DNA of 64,000 nucleotides from Deltaproteobacteria bacterium (GTDB lineage Bacteria; Bdellovibrionota_B; Oligoflexia; Oligoflexales; Bog-1112): NCBI GenBank assembly GCA_016186945.1, contig JACPKR010000032.1, positions 10,198 to 74,197 of the forward strand, read 5' to 3'. Shown piece by piece: positions 61,367 to 64,000 of this stretch (position 1 is its first letter; each line of letters starts with the position of its first letter). The notes under the pieces were generated by a model. It saw only the letters and a program-made list of their open reading frames with translations, ran no database searches and was not told where the DNA came from. The position numbers and the translations under genes were made by a program.

Positions 61367-62764
61367 ATGAAAAACCGGGGTGGGGCGCTCCTTCAAGCCA
61401 TGTTCGTTGTCGGTGTCGCGTCTGGCTTAGTAGCTGTAGTTGTGCAGCTGACAACGATTTCCGTGAAGGAGCAGAAGCTTATCGAACGAAAAATAGCGCG
61501 TGACCGCATAGGGCGTAACCTTGCGTCTGCTCTTGTGAATCCTGCTGTGCTTTTTGCAAGTAGCGACCCGGCGATCACATTAAGCGGCAATGCAAAACTG
61601 GGCGCCTGCCTGGGCAGAGGCGTTCCCGAGCTTGTCGAAGCGGAGTTGGTCGGCCCAGCAGCATCGGGGGAAGCTTGTGATACGACCGTGATCGACATGG
61701 AGAGAGGTGAGGAGTTTCTCTTAGTTCCGGAGGCGTCCTATGTATTTCCTTTCAGAAGAGGAGGGAGTCCGCAGAACGCAAACTGCCCTAACCCAGGGAG
61801 TCCACTGTCAACAAGGCATATTTCCTGTTTCTTAGGGGGGCAAAGGGATCAAGAAGTCGTCGCCTATAATTTCGAGGGTGAAACCGGGGACTTGAGCCAG
61901 GCGTTTCCCCTTGAAGCACGAGTCTTTTTCAAGCCCCTATGTAACAAGACTGAAGCCGTGGAAAAATGCGCGTTTGCAGAAGCAATGCAATTCCGATACG
62001 AGCTGACACAGCAAAAATTCCCTGGTGAAATTCGGCCCATATACCTGGGAACTTACCCCTCCAGGACAGAATGGCTGACCGTAGATTCGAGTCAGATCTT
62101 AGGACAGCAATGCAATCCGGGTGCAATCGTGTTTGCAAGTGAAGAAACCGGAAAATTGGAATGCCGCTGCCAGAGACCTTTTCGCCCCCTCCTTCGCAAC
62201 GAAGCGCCCGTTGTCAATGCACGAGGTCCGCTCTGCGAAGCAATGGAACGCTACTGCCCCCCAGGTTTTATCCAGACGGGGCAGGATCAAGACGGCAACC
62301 CGGTCTGCGAGGAATTGGCGAACAAAGTCAGACCCACAAAAACTATCAACTTCAACACGAATACTCCTTATCCAGAATCTTTTTATTCGTGCAACCAGGG
62401 TGACAGCGGTTGGATTTCCAACGTCACAAGAAAATGCAGAAGCGCTATCGAATACAGATATATTGACTGTTTTGCTGACTGTACAGGCATCGCTCCCGTT
62501 CTTATCGGATTAGCTGTAGGGGCTGCTGTTTTTTTCATATTTTGGCTCATCATTGCCGTCTTGCTCATTCTAGGCGTTATTACGATGCCTGCCGGTGTGG
62601 CCATGCTCTTAGTCTTGTTTACCATTCTAGGCATCGCAGCGGGTGGGGTCGGGGGTTATATCCTTGGCCAGAATTGGGACTGGTTTTATATTGATCAGAC
62701 CCGAGGAATGTATCCTGAAATATCCTGTGATATAACAGTGGAATGCAGCGCTATGCAGGAGTAA
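61367..62764 (+). CDS. Cysteine-rich membrane-anchored extracytoplasmic protein (465 aa), unknown function
   Basis: ORF 61217..62764 trimmed: the first 50 codons are MITE read-through. MKNRGGALLQAMFVVGVASGLVAVVVQL is the anchor. The extracytoplasmic region of ~360 aa has many Cys residues. Two C-terminal TM helices. Confidence 0.6.
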   Translation: MKNRGGALLQAMFVVGVASGLVAVVVQLTTISVKEQKLIERKIARDRIGRNLASALVNPAVLFASSDPAITLSGNAKLGACLGRGVPELVEAELVGPAASGEACDTTVIDMERGEEFLLVPEASYVFPFRRGGSPQNANCPNPGSPLSTRHISCFLGGQRDQEVVAYNFEGETGDLSQAFPLEARVFFKPLCNKTEAVEKCAFAEAMQFRYELTQQKFPGEIRPIYLGTYPSRTEWLTVDSSQILGQQCNPGAIVFASEETGKLECRCQRPFRPLLRNEAPVVNARGPLCEAMERYCPPGFIQTGQDQDGNPVCEELANKVRPTKTINFNTNTPYPESFYSCNQGDSGWISNVTRKCRSAIEYRYIDCFADCTGIAPVLIGLAVGAAVFFIFWLIIAVLLILGVITMPAGVAMLLVLFTILGIAAGGVGGYILGQNWDWFYIDQTRGMYPEISCDITVECSAMQE

Positions 62765-62767
62765 ATT

Positions 62768-63688
62768 TTGGCTGAATCTCATGCACATCATCACCTCCGA
62801 ACGATGGTCGGAAAAAAACTGACCCTTGCCATCATCCTCAATATTCTAATCAGTGTCAGCCAGACGATCGCTGGATTCATGGCAGGCAGCCTTGCTCTGC
62901 TTTCTGATGCACTTCATAACATCAGCGATGTCATTGCCCTCTGCGTGAGTTACGTAGCTAACAGATTGAGCGGTCGTAAAAGCACTCTTACGGAAACATA
63001 CGGCTACCATCGGGCTGAGATAATCGCCGCATTCATCAACGCAGGCATGCTCCTGGGTGTGGCCGTTCTTCTGGTGAAGGAAGCGTTGGAGCGTCTTTTC
63101 CATCCGCTCGTTGTGGATTCTGAGCTGGTCATCATATTTGCTGCACTCGGTTTGTGTTTCAACGGACTCAGTGCTGCCTTATTGAGGAAGGAAGCCGCCG
63201 GAAATATCAATGTACGCTCAGCGTTCCTCCATCTTTTTGCAGACATGATGACTTCCTTGTTTGTTTTTATGGGCGGCTTGCTGATTCGGGTCTGGGAAGT
63301 GTACTGGGTGGATAGTGTTCTCTGTATCGTTGTTGCTTTTTATCTCGTTCTTTCATCCTGGCGAGTTTTGGTTGAGACGATGAGGGTTATCATGCACTTT
63401 ACGCCCGAGTCGATTGACTTAAGGGACATCGAGCAGGAAGTTCTTCACCATTCTGGAGTTGAGAATATCCACCATGTCCATGTATGGCAGATGAACGATA
63501 GGGATATTCACTTCGAGGCTCATGTGGACTTTAAGGAAGACCTATCTTTAAGCAAGGTGTCCGAGACAATCGACAAAATCAACGATGACTTGCGGCAAAA
63601 ATTTGGTATTAATCATAGTATCCTTCAGCCGGAAATTGGGGTGGCTGATTCGAAACAGTTTGTGGTGACTGACTGTCCCCATGTCTAG
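62768..63688 (+). CDS. Cation diffusion facilitator (CDF) family divalent-metal efflux transporter
   Basis: His-rich N-terminus (ESHAHHH). TM2 LLSDALHNISDV and TM5 HLFADMMTS metal-site motifs. Cytoplasmic C-terminal domain. Confidence 0.88.
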   Translation: MAESHAHHHLRTMVGKKLTLAIILNILISVSQTIAGFMAGSLALLSDALHNISDVIALCVSYVANRLSGRKSTLTETYGYHRAEIIAAFINAGMLLGVAVLLVKEALERLFHPLVVDSELVIIFAALGLCFNGLSAALLRKEAAGNINVRSAFLHLFADMMTSLFVFMGGLLIRVWEVYWVDSVLCIVVAFYLVLSSWRVLVETMRVIMHFTPESIDLRDIEQEVLHHSGVENIHHVHVWQMNDRDIHFEAHVDFKEDLSLSKVSETIDKINDDLRQKFGINHSILQPEIGVADSKQFVVTDCPHV

Positions 63689-63699
63689 AGCGTTTTTAT

Positions 63700-64000
63700 A
63701 TGGTAGATTTGTTTAGCTTTGAAAGTCTCATTGCGTTTCTAACTCTAGTCGGTTTGGAAATCGTGCTGGGTATTGACAACATTGTCTTTATTGCCATCAC
63801 GACGGATAAACTTCCGCAGCATCAGAAACCTTTTGCCAGGCGTCTGGGATTAGCTCTGGCAATGGTTGAAAGGATACTTCTTTTATTTCTGATCAGCTGG
63901 CTTACCCACTTGACAGAACCCCTCTTTGCGGTGCTGGACCATTCCGTATCGGGGCGTGACTTGATTCTCTTGGTGGGTGGGGTGTTTCTGATTGGCAAAG
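63700..64000 (+). CDS. TerC-family integral membrane protein, N-terminal part (runs off right edge)
   Basis: MVDLFSFESLIAFLTLVGLEIVLGIDNIVFIAI... is the typical TerC/YkoY N-terminus (LE..LSxDN pattern). Confidence 0.8.
   Translation, partial: MVDLFSFESLIAFLTLVGLEIVLGIDNIVFIAITTDKLPQHQKPFARRLGLALAMVERILLLFLISWLTHLTEPLFAVLDHSVSGRDLILLVGGVFLIGK

Overview
The window is bacterial chromosomal DNA of moderate GC from a Gram-negative-type organism. Evidence for that: lgt, an ABC-transporter O-antigen/rhamnose locus and OmpA-like domains. I cannot name the taxon from sequence alone. Several eukaryote-like proteins (tandem C2H2 zinc fingers, a Hanks-type kinase, a PLD, HMG-CoA reductase) hint at a host-associated or predatory lifestyle.

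Housekeeping genes include groES-groEL, tkt, an M3 oligopeptidase, a SulP permease, ribA, hemH, thiI, thrS, lgt, a CDP-alcohol phosphatidyltransferase, a CDF transporter and two tRNA-Leu genes. An rfbBACD/wzm/wzt/glycosyltransferase locus of about 13.5 kb spans 14.6-28.2 kb.

Four things stand out:
1. A very dense family of MITE-like palindromic elements of about 145 bp, with 25-bp terminal inverted repeats and 9-bp target-site duplications. There are at least 15 copies or derivatives. They sit at gene boundaries and create most of the spurious or over-extended ORFs in the ORF track.
2. A visibly A/T-richer islet (29.3-32.3 kb) with the full architecture of a microcin C-type peptidyl-nucleotide cluster. 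It has a 7-codon precursor ORF (MGDSMAN) with a strong SD that is absent from the ORF track, then an MccB-like E1 adenylyltransferase, an MccC-like MFS pump and an MccE-CTD-like GNAT.
3. A translationally coupled three-gene module (47.4-50.1 kb): a MotA/ZorA-like protein with a long helical tail, a MotB/ZorB-like OmpA-domain protein, and a 193-aa unknown protein. It is not linked to flagellar, Tol or TonB genes and looks like a compact Zorya-like system.
4. A secreted tandem Krueppel-type C2H2 zinc-finger protein, and a divergent pair of class II HMG-CoA reductase and a terpene-synthase-like gene.

Coordinates of repeats and hand-refined starts were indexed by eye; treat them as +/-3 nt.
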